DNA of 64,000 bases from Daphnia carinata (GCF_022539665.2 NC_081331.1:8618001-8682000), one strand, 5' to 3'; counted from the stretch's first letter, positions 13,301 through 38,600 are shown. Notes: generated by a model not told the origin, from the letters alone. A program made the numbers and translations.

Positions 13301-16300
13301 TCAATTCTTGGTCTTCGTGTACTTTTTTTCTCCCTAAGAAAAAATATATTTTTCTACTTGTTTTTGACATACGTTAACCTGAGCTTCTGGCTCCCTCTCA
13401 TTGGGACAGCGCAAGAGGCGTAAAAAAATGAAGTGCGTGTTCAACAGCGGGAATCCGATCTATCATTTTCTTCCGTACATAGTTGAGACCAGTAAAGGCA
13501 ATGTCTAAAAAAAACAGCCAAATAAAAAAAAATAAAGTACGGCCTAAAATTCGTTTTAAAAAAGAAGAACAAAAAAAACTAGTTTTCGCTTAATTCAACA
13601 GCTTGTTTGGTGACCAAGGCAATTGTTCAATAACGATATGTCTCTACGTGCTGCATCACGCAACAAATATTGCCGTCTCTATTGCATTTTTTGGTTTGTT
13701 TTACGCACTGTAATATTTAATCATTGCGTCACAGGGAGCCGCATGATGGCGACGGAAGCAGGCAAGTGGGATTTGATTAGTAACGACTGAATCGAAACTA
13801 AATTTGATGACATTGCTTCAGACCTAAAAGTGCCCTCTGAATACTACATCGCGTGAACATGGAAATTAAGTTAGTACTAAAGGGAAATCGGAGTTGGCTA
13901 GCGTGATACAGGTTTTGTTTTCCTCCCTTCTCCCAATTTCTATAACTTAATGTTAGTTCTTGTTTCTATTTAAAATTTAGTCAAACGTACAGGTCCATTT
14001 TCTCAACTTCTAGTACTTCTTCTTTTTCTTTTCACACTTCGCTTTTTTCTGCTTAGTTTCTTTCAACAAATTGTATACAGAACCGAAATCATGAAGTTAT
14101 TAGGCATAACTGGCAACTAGGAATCTTTAAGAGATTCATTTCATTTTTGCTTTAGTACACGAAAATCTAATTTGGAGCAGCAATAGCCTAACTGTGCGCG
14201 CCGATTTACAAATTTTATTCAAAATTTTCGCTTTAGTTGACGGTATTAAACAACAACAGGTAAGGATCAGTTCAAAAATTTATTAATTTACTCACTTGTT
14301 AAAAAACCGAATAAGAAGGGAATTTCGTAAATGCGAGGCTGAAAACTAATTTTCGTCATAACTCTACATACAGAGTTAAAACAAAAAACAAGATCAATTA
14401 GAAAAAACATGCCATTGAAAATAAATGTTCAAAACAAAAAGTACTTCGTTCAAATTTTAGAAATGAAGTGTTAAGATGCTGATTTTTACCTCATTGCGTC
14501 TAGTAACCCCACAGCTCAAATAAAACAGTATCTTCCTTATAGTGGAAACCCAGCTTATTAAGACAGCCAACTGATGTGAGGCTTGATTTTGATTATGCGT
14601 CTATTACTTACACACTGCACCAATCGACAGTTCGTAATCACTGCGAAGATAGCCCCACCACCATCTAGGTCTCGAACAACATGCTTGGGGCTAGTTTCCT
14701 ATGGAACCCATCTTCCGTGTTTAGCCAAACTAAATATGATTAGTTTCAAAGTTTTCGGATTGGGTGACCAGCAATAGCCTACATCGTAAACATTGATACA
14801 TTTTTATCCTCAGCAGTTCTATCCTAACGTCTTCTTTTTGAGATGACTTAATATGGGGGGTAAGTCTGTGTGGTGGTTGCAATACTGGGCTAGGAAGCAG
14901 TTCAACATCTCAGCTGAATGGAACGAAGCCGTATCGCGCATGGTATGGGGTGACGACAGAGCGTTTAATCGGTTCGTAAAGCGATGGAGGAAGCAACGCG
15001 TTAACCGCTGCTCCGGCGCTCTAATGAAAAGCTTGCTCTTCCTCCTCGTCTTGTTATCTTTTGCTTTGCCTTTCCGAAGGGTAGCACTGGATATTAGCAA
15101 AGTTGTAGTAGCGGTAACACAACGCGATAGAATCCTTAGAAAACAGCGGCTTGCATCAGAGGTAATTCATTTCCGCTGGACCACAAGGCGTCTTCTCGCC
15201 CTAGCCATACGCCAGCTCAATCAGCTGACATTCTGCTTCATCGGCAATCACCACCATGTCACAATAGGTTTCTTTAGATATCGAGGGTTTGCGTACGCCT
15301 TCCGTTTACAGGTTACGATTGCTGTCTGCATTGAAGTTATGTGCGTACGGTAGGAAACAATCAAACACGGCATATTGTGTGTGTGTGCTCTAGTGGCAAA
15401 AGCCTGCAAACGAACCCAGTTCATTATCTATATTTCTTCGCCAAACAGGAAACTATTGTGTCTTCCAACAAGTCCGTAGCGATTCGTTTGTTGTTCGTGT
15501 CCGTACGGGTATACATGAGCGCAGTACTGATGGAAGCGAATCAAAAATACAGCAATGGGGCTTAAATATTCAAAACAGAAGCTATCTGTCAGACGTAGGA
15601 GAGCATTTCATAAGCAGACAAAAATGAATAGGGAATCCAACATTTTAACTGTTACGAAATTGGCACTGGTACCCGTATGCGGGGTGTCCTACACAGACTA
15701 CAACCGGCGATTGATTAGTATCTTACGATAAGATAGGCCTGTAGACTATGTGTCAAAGGGGGAAAAATCGATAGGGATGTACACTTGCGTATGTATGTCA
15801 TGCGTGCTGACATAACGTGGAGAAACGCTTAAGTAGGTTGAACGGATAATTCGGACACGATCAAACCAGAATTATCGGGTAATTTAATTTCAGGATACTG
15901 CTTTATTCGCAAAAAAAAAAAGATTTCATTTCCGCTTTACTGTCGTTCAATCGGGAAGCGCTTAGTAGGTCAAATTTGCAGGGGTTGTTTTGTTTACAGG
16001 CGGGCAACTTCACAGTTCTCACCACTTCACTGAAACTTCTTATTCTTGAAGCAAATTGAGTAGCAGAAAGCTGACTTTCCTACTGCTCTAATGGCATTTC
16101 CATTCGTAATCAGCTTGTACTTTGGCACAACTTTCCTTGCTTTAATACAAATAGTGAACACGGTCATGCTATAGAAGCAGCGCGAAAAAATCTCTGTATT
16201 TTTACTAGATAGAACAGGTGGGAGAAGAGAAACAGGTGGCATTGCTCAAAGTTCTTTTAACTTACCATTATGGTTGTTATTTTTGCTGATAAATGAATGA

Positions 16301-19300
16301 ATCAAACAATTTCAAATATTTGATCGGAGATACGTTTGAAGATTTCTTTGTTACGTAGGATTACAGAAGCTATGAGAAGAACACGGCTTTTTAAGAGTGT
16401 TCTCGATTCGTCTGCATCACGTACTAATAAAGATACAATAATATGGGCTTACTACGAGATGGGTCCAAAAAGACAGGAAAACGGCAAGAGCTGGTTTTGT
16501 GGCTTTGGCTTTTGTTTTCGGATTCACCAGTGCAGTTATCCAAATCATTTTTAGTTGATTGTTATAACTGATGTGGTCGCCAACGCAGGTGGCAAACAGG
16601 TCACCTCAATTTGAGGAGGTGTCGCCCAGTGAGCCGTACAAGCTTGGTTTCTTACAACAGGAAAGCTAATTAACTTCATTCTTCCATCCCTGACAAAGTA
16701 GTCGGTCTAAACAAATACATAGCAATCAAAGACAAGAGATCATAACGATAAAAAAAAGATCTGAAAAAGTGAGCAGTTGCCAGCAAAAAAATTGCCCGGA
16801 CTACGCACTTGGTTAGAAAAGCAGGATCCATTCACAGGCAGTTGTTTCTCCCTTGAAAAAAATGGTTAAATTTGGTCACAAGTATTAAGTTGAATTAAAG
16901 TAGAAGAGGAAAATGTGACGACGTACAAAGTGTTTCCATTACCACAAAGGCAAACAATCGAAGCAAAATTTAAAAGCACCATTTTCTGAAAGTATTATTA
17001 TATTTTTTTATTTAAAAAAACAATTGAAGTTAAACAATCGTGATTCACTTCTGCCGCGGTTATTGCATTTTTTTGTCATAATGCGCAGTCAGTAAAAGAA
17101 GCATTTTTTAAATAACTTTTGTTCACATTAATACAAAGTTTGAACATTTTTTTTAGATTTTTGGAGATTCACAAACAAAACAAGTAATGCACTTTGAACT
17201 TTTTAATCCATCTATGGACACTAGGACTCTGCTTCGTTTACCAATGATTCCGTTTACTACAAAAAAAAAGTACATACGACAAAGATAAAACCATTTTTTT
17301 TTTTTAATATTAATAAATAACTTACGCTTCTCGCTCAAGTACCTTCCGGTAGTAAGCCGGCTTGTGGCAGCGCTGAGGCGGCCGCTGAATTTTTGTTTTA
17401 AGAAAATAACCTTAAAGACACTGAACATACAGCATAGAAAAACCCTAAAAAATTTTGAAATCCCAACTTCCTCCAAAAAAGTAAAAATTAAAAAAAAAAC
17501 TCTGCAAGTTTATTGTTGAAATCAATGATTTTTATGTGCTCATGTTGTCTGTTAACAGGCACTCGCTTAGGGAAGAAGAATTTGCACAGAACGCAAAATT
17601 TTTCGTTTCTATACAAATGAACAAGATGTTAGATCCCTTCATTAGCAAAAATAAACCTACAGTCTTCGTTATGTGGATTTTACATATATCAATCTGAGAA
17701 TACGTACATTCCGATAGTGCCACGATGCTAGATGATACTGTTAGGTAAAAAGAAGGTTTGGTAACCCATGACAATTATTTGATTACCCTTTTTTTGTCAT
17801 ATCAACACAGGCTACCCATAGGTTTATCTTTTTTCGTAACGACATAGGCGTCGTTTCCTAACTGTTCTAACAAGAGCCATGAAAAGAAAATCTGTCAACT
17901 GCCAGCATGCGTTAGTTCAGAAATATGGCGGCAGTTGTTGTTGCCAAGCAACTGGCCTTCGCAAGCAATTCTGTGAAATTGCTAAATTAAAGTCGTGTAC
18001 GAGTAAAGGTGAGCGATCGCAATTCCTTGTCCCACAATGCACGGACCGTGATGGAAACTACAAAATATTCGTAGAGATCCGTAAGGATTTTAGGGAGCCC
18101 AAGAATTTACACGCATTCACTGATATTCTTGAGATATCCAGGAAACTCGTGGAGATTCAGATGTTTCATAAATCATTTCATAATAGGACGAATGTAGAAG
18201 AAACATGAATCGATTTGCAAAATGCTGGTAACACATCATCCCAAACTAATTTTGTATGTTTGATGATGAATCAAAATTTTGACACTTGTAGATTTATTTT
18301 TTCTTTACTATCTTGGCTTTGGTTTTCGAAGGCTTCAGTGTTCTTACAGTTAGTGTTGACATGATTTTTAATGCTTTACTTCAATGTGGTTAGTGTCAAG
18401 TTGAACGAATTATTCGTAAATAAAACAATAACTGATGGTTGTTTGAGTTGCAATGCACTCATATTCATGGAGATTGTTTCATCCATACATGTGTACGCAT
18501 ATATGAAGGTTGTAAGATTCATGTAGGCGTGTGAAGAAGCGTGAGAAACAACACAAACTTTAACAACGGTATATAGTTTTAAAAAAGGACGTATGATAGG
18601 TCACAAAAGTACGTACAAACCCAATGGTGTTCTCCTGCTTGATCAATGCCACTATATAGCGTGCCAAATTGCTTTGCAATCAATGAAATTGAATAAAATG
18701 TTTACATAGTAAAACTTTGAATAAAGTGCCAGTTATTTAAGCAATGAGGCGTTCTAAGTTATCGTTGAGTAGCAGTGCTAAAGAAAGACGCTGCATAGAC
18801 GCCTTGGGTACATAGTGAGCCACCGTGTTGCTGGGTATGCACCGAGCAAACCTGATCGATTGCAAAAAGAAAGTAAAAGAAAGCCATGCCGGCCCATTGA
18901 TCTGCCACCATAAGTTTCTTATGCAACATGTGCACTATCCACTCACATATTCTAGATTCAAACAGAATACCGACTTGAAGTTTTGTTCAATAGTTTTTTT
19001 CGGTGTTCTGCAATGGCGGGCGACTTTGTTCCACAGTACTGCCTGCGTGTAGTGTGTTAAGTCTGCTTCATTTCAGCAATACGGGCTTATGTGTTAAAAC
19101 CACGATGAAGTTTTCTCTTTAACGCTTCGCTACAGTGCGTAAATCAGAGGTGCATTTCTCCTTTTTGTACATTTCTGTTTTAATCAGCGTTCAAACGTTT
19201 CCAAATTGTCTTAAGAGTTATAAGTAAAAGGCAAAATTTTAAACATTTGCAACAAAACGCAATCTTAAAACGTGTTGGCAATCGGTTTAAGAGTTAAACG

Positions 19301-22300
19301 CCAAGTGCTACCATTGGTTTGATCTAGGCGGTAATCGTTAGGTTGCCGAGACGAATGGCGTTAATATACGAGGACTTTGCTTCAAATTTTCAGCTATTGC
19401 GCTTGGTTGGAGGGGGGGGGGCACTTGCTGTAGCGATTGATTTTTTGTTTGTTTGTTTGTTTGCTCTTTCACTCGGTCACTGTAAAACGGTTAGATCAAA
19501 AGTAGGTAACGCGTATCCTTTAACAGGATAGCGTCAGTGGGTGAAATCGGTTGCCGTATACAATAAACAGACACACAACTGATTAAAGAGTTATACACAT
19601 TAGATAAAATTCACGGGGAAAAAAATATGTTAGCATATTACACGCTATGTTTTGTTATTACGAAATTTCCGCAACAACATTCGCAGTTTGGCCTCTTTTA
19701 TGTTAAGTAATGCACGACTAAACCTGTTACAAGTGCGGAAGAATCACGAGGCTATCTTGTAGATAGTAGAAATATAAGAAATAAAACATTTAAAGCATAC
19801 CACGTACATGATCTGATTGTAGTTGTGTATAAACAGTTTGAGGTGGGTGGGAATATTTGATGAGAAGGCTACGTTTAGAGAATCAAGTTGTTGCGTACGA
19901 CTTGACAAGACGAGCGGGATGAGATTATTTGAGATGCACAGAATTGTTCCGGACTAAATTACTTAACTGACGCCACGCCTTTTTTTTTGCTGTGCTTCGG
20001 CAAAGCTTGCGAATGTGATGTAAAAATATTGCGTGTTGTGCGTTAAAGACACCAAGAGTTCATCGCAGATGGCTAGCCACCCCACACCAGTGGGAATTAA
20101 ATCGTCAGGGTATCTTGGGGACGAGGGGACCCATTAAGGCAGCAATCACGCATTTTATGTGGATTTAGCAGTTTCAAGGGAAGGCGGATGTTTTCCAGGC
20201 GGTAAAACTACGCGCTGTGCGATCAGCCTATTTTTAACCGAATTGCAAAGTCGAAAGAAACATAAAAATCAATCGACCCCTGTTCTCATATCAAGTTATG
20301 CGTTTCTATTTTGTGGCAAATGTTTTGCGCCGGAATATACAAGAGTATTCGGTTTCGTCGTGTATATCCTATTCCAACACAATTAATTCAGGTGGTCAGA
20401 CACATACGTACAATTCACGGTAGCCTTGTTCAAAAAATAGTTCTGCCAACATTCGTTCATCTTTGATTTCTTTCTTGGAGGCAAAGATTTTGAAACATGA
20501 CTTACTTGTTCCTTTTCTTCCTTCCGCATATCATTTACAAGTTAATGCTTTCTAATTGCCAAAAGAGCTACAAAGTTCATACGGCACAAAAAGTAAAAAA
20601 AAAAAAGATAAGCGAAGAAAAACGCAACTTTTTTTCAGACTCTTTCAGACAATGACACATCGTTACATGCATACAGATGGTGTTAACAGCGATGGAGGCA
20701 ACGGCAAGTAAAGAATGCAAAGCCTCTGCTCCTGTCCGGCTGATGGAGTTTCTCTATGCCTTCTTCATTCTACTTTTGCCTTCATTTTCAGTTCCTTCCT
20801 TTACATTATTTTCTCCCTCTTGGATTTTATCACCATTGCGGAACAACCCTCTACAGCCGATATGTACATTTGTGCGCAGTGATTGCAGACTGACGTTGTA
20901 CGTTATGGCTACTAGAATCCAATCAAAATATTAAAGGCAAGAAACTCCGTAGCATATGGGTGATTGGAATATACTCGATGGCTCGAATGTAGGGCGCCAT
21001 TGCTCTGCGAATAGTTAACACGGCCCAATAAATAAAACGCGAACAACCACACAGTTCTGACATGTCTCCTTCTGCTCAATTTATCTACCCTTTTGCGTTT
21101 CCTTGTTCGACAAGCAAGCCAATTCAGACAGGCGCTTGATCAATTCAAACAATGCTTCGCGATTAGGAAGAACGGGTAAAAGGCACTGGCTGATCAAAAA
21201 ATAGCTGCACGCTTTCGTAGAGGATCAAATGAAAACGGAGAAAGAGGGAAAGCAGAAACAAATGGCATTACAAAGATCAAATAAACGAAATCAATTTCGA
21301 CACTTTTCTGTTGTGCACTATTCTCCGGTTGGAGGAGTGAGAATACTGCCCTTGGCGTTCAGGAAGCAAAAATGAATCGGAAACGAACGTCCAAAGGAAG
21401 AGCATCTTAAAGAGACGACACTCTCTAAATTGAGAGAACAACTGCGGAGAGAGGCAAAAACAAATGAGCGCACCAACCAGGAAAAAAACAAATAAATAAA
21501 AGAGTTGCAAGTCATACGTATACCTTTGAGGGTAACGAACGAAGAGACGCACAAAAATCGAACGTCAAACGAACAAACAAAAAGAAAAAGGTAAGGTAGA
21601 AAGAGAAAAAAAAAGAAAATAGGAGCAAATGAATAAGAGCAAAAAACTTAAAAAAACAAACAAGAAGGAACAAGAAAGGAGAAAGAAAAGAAAATCATCG
21701 TTCAAGTAACCATGGGATCGAATTATTTGTGTCTAGGCAACCGGCAGTTCAGTGGCGGTTCCATTAGAGCAAAAGGCAGAAACGGCATTGGTTAGGAAGC
21801 CACTTCGCTGGGAGAGAGGGAGGAACAGCCGTGAGTATGGGTGCGTATGGCAAAATAAAGAGTCACGGAGGGAAAAAGAAGCAGGAGACAAGAGAGCCAA
21901 GGTAAGGCACACAGCCGCGATGCCTCTGTGTAAGCGGAGGAAAAGCCGTTCTTTATTTAGCCCGTCTCGTTTTTCTCTTTCTCCCCGTTTCCCTTCTCGT
22001 CTTTCTCCTATTTTCTCTCGTTTTCTTTTTCTGTCTCTTTGTTCTTCCTATGATTGTCATGCCAACTTTGTATGTACATCCAACATCACCTGATGGCTGT
22101 ACATGCGATGCTTTTCGTAGCCCCCTTTTGCCCCGTGTGCGACGACCTCTTGCGACCCAACGACGATACAATCCCTGAATCCCTATCCTCTTTTCTTGTT
22201 TCAATGCTATTCTGCTTTTTCATCCTTTCATCTTTGAGTCTCTTCCATTTTTGTCTCACTCTCTTATTCCGACAGTTTTCCCACAACGAATGCGACCATT

Positions 22301-24726
22301 TTTATATCCAGGCAAATGCCTTAGCCCAAAAGAGCGCCATCCTTGATGAGAATTTGTTTCGCTCTTTGTGTCCAATCCTGTCCCATACAGCGCGAAACAG
22401 CACCTGTGAACCAGCCATCAGTTTCTCTCCAGTGCTCAGCTATAATGTGCGCTCGCCCTCACGAGTTATGGCTTACGACGCCGTACTCGTCTTTCAACCT
22501 TCCTTTTTTCAGTCGTGCTTCGGGCGAGTGGCCATAAGAAATTAACTGAAATCCAAAACCAAGGGAGAAAAATTGAAAAAAAACTGAAAAAATAAATAAA
22601 TAATAAAAAGTAAAAGAGGAGAGAATTGTATGCTACGTAAGAGCACAGCGGTGTCTCCGGTATCTAGTTCCTGGCTTTCTATGCAATAGTTATATTTTTA
22701 ATTGCCTGATAGTTACGATCGATACGACTCATTCTGTTGTATATTGTGAGACCCAGAGTGCCCAGTCGGCTGAGATGTAAAAAAACGCCATTGTTAATTA
22801 AGTGCCGGAAGCGCTAGAAATCCCATCAGATTTATTTCCCCTCCATGATATAGCTCTGCTTGTAAAATTCGAGAAATGGGATTCCTGAAAAACCCTTAAA
22901 AATGCTACACGCATTTGGATTTGCGATAAACGACCTGCGTTTAATTGCCGAAGTTTTAGGCGGCAGATCAAGTGCAAATGAAACCCTAACTCGGTGTATG
23001 TCTTTTTAAACAAAGACGCCTTACATCTACTGAGCCACAACGCCATGAAATTTCAACTCGACAATTACACGTACACAAAAAATGCTTTCACTTGTTTGGT
23101 TTCCCCACATAGCAAAAGACCAAACATTGCCGCTGGTAATGAATGATTTTTTTTTTGTTTCTTTTTTACATTAATTGTTACTCGAATGGGTTTGTTCCAA
23201 TTGTTTTAAGTTAATGAACAGCAAATATCCAAATTGGGAAGTTGTTGGTGAAGGAAAGCACATTGCTGCCTAACCTTTTAATAATTTCTTAGTTTCGATT
23301 TTTTACCAGACACTGATTGTACCCCATTCAGTACATTAAAACTTTTATTTCAAAAATATCCACGTTAATGCGAGATGTAAAAAAAAAAACTCCCTCTTTC
23401 TTTTTGTATGCGAAAATAAATGTGGTACTTAAAGCCAAGAGAAATCCTATGCATATCGGACGTCTTTCATTGGGTCTATACAAAAGCTATGAATGCTTCC
23501 TCATATTCAGTTGCTCGTTCGTACATTTCTTATTGTTGCCGAAAGCGCCCGGCAATGAAAAAGGTATCTCGGTGTTGCCAATAGAATGAACACCGTAGTC
23601 GAAGCGACAGCGAAACAGGGTCGCAGATGGAACGTGGCTGTGAAAGAAGCCCCGTGTGAGTAAGCCTGCATATGCCTGCTACCGAATTCTACGCCAACAA
23701 CGGAAGAAAAAAGAAAAAAAAAAAAAAAAGGGGGGGGGAAAGAAAGAAAGAAGAGTGAGATGAGGGATCAATACTTCTCGACACGCTTGAGACACAGAAT
23801 TCCTTTCTCCTGCCCACGTTCAGACTAGCACACAGATGAGACTTTCGATTAAGCCAATATTTTTTGAAGGGAGACCACTCGGAAGTTTCTCCTTTTGTTT
23901 TGTTTCCTTTTTTTTTTTTTGCTCGTTCCTACATAGTTGTACTCCCACCATAGGTATCGCATAGATAACTAATACCTACAGTCATAGATTTTAGGCGTAA
24001 AAATACAAAATAATGATAATAATAATAAAACAAGAAACAACAACTAGATCACACAACATACCCGATCAATTTTTCATTAGCCATACGTCTTTTCTTTTTC
24101 CCCTTCGAATGCTGTACATAGTTTCATTTAAAAAAAAAGAAAAGGAATTGTAACCTCAGATAGTGAATGAAGAATCATGATAACTTTATAGGAATCTTAT
24201 TTCCGTATCACCACGTGACCTTACTTTTGATACGAATGATACTACAAAAAAAAAGAAAACCACGGAATTAATAGCTGGATATTGCCGGGGACTGATAGCT
24301 ATATCAACTGGGAATTCGTTCGCATGGAAACAAGTGATGGTTACTCATGACACGGACACCAACATTATAGGTCGTATGAGGCTAGCGGTCAATTCGGCTA
24401 TAGGATTTTAATGAAGAGTCTCTCACGTAGTTTTGTCTTTACAAACGGACTACTTAGTATCAGCACATCTTTTCCATTTTTGATAGATATATTTTTTTAT
24501 TGGCTAGTGAGTGAGCTGCTGAGAAACCACCACCTGCCAATCACAGACGACTGAAAAGAGGAAAAAAAAATTTGACTGCCAAACAAAAAACAAAAAAAAC
24601 AAAAGAAAAAAAAACAAAAAAAAAGGAAAATAAAAGTAAGGACAGGCTTGTACAATAGTTCATTCGCATACAACCATTCTCGGTTATGTTCAATAAGATG
24701 GGTATTTTATTAGCTAAAAAATAGAT

Positions 24727-34553
<9,827 letters not shown>

Positions 34554-35686
34554 ACTTCACCTACCACTAAAAAACAAAGCAAATAAAGAATAAATCAACA
34601 GTGAAGAACAAACTGATGAAGTTCAGTCATCTTGCAATCAACTATAAACTAAAGTAGCTCTAACAACTAACAATAACTTTCAAAAATTGAAGCTTTGATG
34701 TTTTATCTGTAATACCATGCAAACTGTGCCGAAAAATCCGTATCACAGAGTTTCAGCAACACTTGCCTAAAATTAGTTTTTTGTTGTTGATGGTCTTCCA
34801 GAAGATAACAAAATTGTCCCATTACAATTATTCTGCAACTGCAAGTGATGAGACGTAAATGAAAACTTCTATATACATCGACGGTACAGCCATCTAGCAA
34901 GGTAAAACGTCCTTTTATCTCTGACAACTTCGATCGCTTTGGAATTCAAAAAGTGCCCCCCCCCCCTCATATTTCAGTGAAACTGAGCAGTACTATGCGG
35001 GAGAACTTTCAGTACACTATTGTTCCACTGCAAAAAAAGACAATTATTTGTACTAGGTGGTCGTTACATATTTAAATGGACCTGAGATGTAAACACCTTT
35101 TCGGTACAGGAAAGGAATATACGCCCAAAGAACCTTTCAATCGCCCAGTATGAAGAAATCGTGCGCCAATTAGTTACATAAAGATGATTCGCGCAAAAAG
35201 GTGGACAGATAGGACGGTGATGTATAGCACGAAAGCTAATTTAGATGCTAGATTGCCTCCCTAAAAGCATGACGGCTTTTCTATTTTATAAATTTAGTTT
35301 TTTTCATTGTTACACTTGGTGTGGCTCAATTTTGGACCAGTTTCAAGGTCACAAGGTGTTCGTAGTTAATGGCCGATCAGGTTTAGTAAATGATTTTTTT
35401 GGTGTAAAAGAGTGCTGCGGGGCAAAACGGCTCATACAAAATCAATGTATTTGTAAAATGCAACATAAACTTCGCGCAACGTTTAATCCAGGGACGGTGA
35501 CACGAAGATCATTATAAAAACCTTCGCTATTGGAAGGAAAACAAATGGAAACCACTGAATTAAGAAATTCGTTGGTATAATTTTGGACGGATCGGTTTCA
35601 AAATGGTACATAATCAAGAAATCATTTGGTATTACACAGAAAACGCATTCTATCAGTGCCATACTTGGTCAAATTGCACAGAACAA

Positions 35687-38600
35687 CTATCGACTAACTT
35701 CGACAGTTGGGTCATACCTTTCATAGGTAAACTCGGGGAAGAGATTAAAGCTCAGATAATCGAGCGCTTGATTGAATGCTTGTTGAAGAACTTCAACCAA
35801 TTCTTGGAAGGCGGGACGTTCGTCCAGGTCAATTTGCCAACAGCTTACCATAATTTGATATAGAGCAAGCCCAATATTGCCAGGTTGTTTCAACCTTAAA
35901 CCCCGTTGTACACGTTGAACAAGTTCTTTACTTGCTCGGATGTCGACATAAGGAGTAGCACCTGGTTTTATTTGGGATTCAATTTAATAACAAGAAATGG
36001 AATAAATAAAAAGAAACAAAAATAGTTAACTTATAGAAAGATTAAGTGAAACTTACCAAGCGTTACTATTTCCCAAAGGACAATGCCATACGACCAAATT
36101 TCACACTTTGGTGCATGTTGGGGGCTCAATAACGCTTCTGGAGCCATCCAGCGCTTAAAATCCATAGTCTGTCATTGGATAAGAATATAACGAAATTCTA
36201 AAGTTTCTCTTTTGAGGATGCATTTAACCTGTCCAAGTGGTTGGTAGTAATCGATTCCAAACCCTGAGATCTTAGGAACAGTTCCGTCACTGCTACATAT
36301 GAAGATTGTCCTTGAAGATAACCTTTTGTGAGGAACCTAGTCAATGTTTAATTTTAAATGTTGATAAGACATTTAGCGATTTCCAACGAACCGATAACGA
36401 CTGAAGGTAAGCCATCCCTTTTGCAATGCCAAGAGCTATATCTATTGCTTGTGCTTCATGTAAAGTTGAAAATCTCTGCTCCTTTGTAGCATAGGATGGA
36501 TAGTTGTTCAACGCGCGACTGTTGAGTAAAAACTCTTTCAGGTTCATTCCATAATGTTCCATAGCGACCAACATTGTTTCTATAGTTTTAAGAATAGAAG
36601 TCTGTTACATCCTATATCTTTGTGATACTATTTGCAAAGTTACCTGGTTCTTCGCATACTCCTATAATTCCAGCTATATTAACATGTTTTCCAACTTTTG
36701 CCAGGATTCCAAGATCTTTCAGCATGGCATTTCGTTCTCCTTTTGCCAAAGTTTTGTCTAAATTTCATCATTAACGGATTTGTATGACTATATCGATGCT
36801 TCATTTGGATGTTCCTAACTAAGGATACCTTCAATTATGTGTATCGCTGCTTCAGTTTTAGATTCACCTCGCTGAACGGAGCCTTTCAATACTTTCCCGA
36901 AGTTTCCGGTTCCAACCGAATCTGAGGATTTTATAACACTTTCGGACGGAATGCTCCACAGACGCTGCATTAATGAATCATAATGATCAATAGCAGTTTC
37001 TTCGGTACCAGCCACAAACGAAGAGTGCACATAGCCACTGTCCTGTAAACAGAAATTTTTTCACTATTCATTTTTTCGTCTTTAATCTAATAACATTTTG
37101 CGTAAAGAAAAACAAACCAGTTCAATCGTGGACGTAGAACCACCGCGCGTCAGGCTTTGCCTATCTGACCGTTTTCTAGATCGATTACGACGATTTGCAT
37201 CATTGCGATGAACTTTGTGGCGTAGATAAAAATAGACAACTATGGAAATAAGAAGCAAGAAACCTAGAACTCCGATAGCAGCGGACAAGCCCACAACGAG
37301 GGCTGGTGGATCTCTTCCATACGGCAGTCGTTGCCGTCGAGTGACACTTCGGCCACTAGTAATGGGTTTAGTCTTACGGGCAGGAATTTTTTCAATTAAA
37401 TCCGTTTCTTCAAGTAACTTGGTAATACTACTGCCACTGGTACTAGGATCGTCTTCCACAACTGTTACAGGTGTTGGTTGGCTGGGCGGCAATGACTCGG
37501 CTACGCCTTCAACAGAATTGGGCCCAATGTCCGGGGGATCAACTCCTATAGGATTGCTTGGTTCTGAGAAGGCATATTTAGATACTCCTTCGTAGGTAGA
37601 GACAACCCCCAAGATGAACAGTACTTCTCGATCGTCAGGTAAAGGTGGATTATAGAATCCCCCATAGTGTTCCCCATTTCCGACCACAAATTCTTGTTTG
37701 AAGAACTTTAGGAGTGTTAAAAATGTCAAAATTAAAGTATAAAAACTTGCAAATAATTGGATTAAACCTCAGGCTTCAATTCGGCTGCTATATAAAATGG
37801 TAAATTCTCTTTATTTGCTTCTGCCCAGTTCTTTAATGGGCTATCCTCATGTACTCCTATGGAAGCTGCATCTTCATTTACAACTATAATTCTGTAGGCT
37901 GTTATGGGTCCATGGTGAGGTAGAATTGGTTTCAACTGTATGGTGGCTGTACTATTGGCAGATTTCATCACTACAGGGTGCTCTGGTTTATCTGGGGCTA
38001 GATACAAATAAATTTGCTTACAGGTTTCATGTTCTTCTTTAGCATTATTTTACCTCCAATCTCAGTACTGAAAGCATTTGATATTGATATACCATAGCCA
38101 TCTGTGGTTTTAGCTCTCACACTGACATTATATTGGGTACCAGGCTGAAGTCCTAGTAAATCTGTTGTCTTTGTTACATTGGAAAAAACCCACTCCATAG
38201 GAACCCCAGCTGTGCTAACTGAATAGGATGACACTGGAATAGCGGCAACATGATACTCCAGAATGACACCATTGGAAACTATTGGATGCTCCCAAACAAT
38301 TTTCATCATATTTTCCTGTTTGCTCTGCTGTGATAGTGTTCTAGGTGGGCCAGATACTTAAAAGGAAAATCAAAATAAAGAGTTACCTTATTGCAATTGG
38401 TAAACACAGATAGGATTAGTAGATCTATAAATTTCACCTATGAATCCAGTTTCATACACACTCATAGAGTTTGGCCCTTCACATGGTTTTGAACTATCTG
38501 AACCGCAATTTAACGAACAAGTCTCATTGGCAGGTTGAGTGGCAAGCGAGCTTGCACAGACACACTGCATTCCACCATTTATGCCTGAATACCTGCAGGA

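Noticed and set aside
14853..15353. 166-aa + strand ORF (also 4682-5104, 12268-12622 and 22054-22545)
   Set aside because: No recognisable domain and atypical composition, with no supporting exon structure. Probably chance ORFs.
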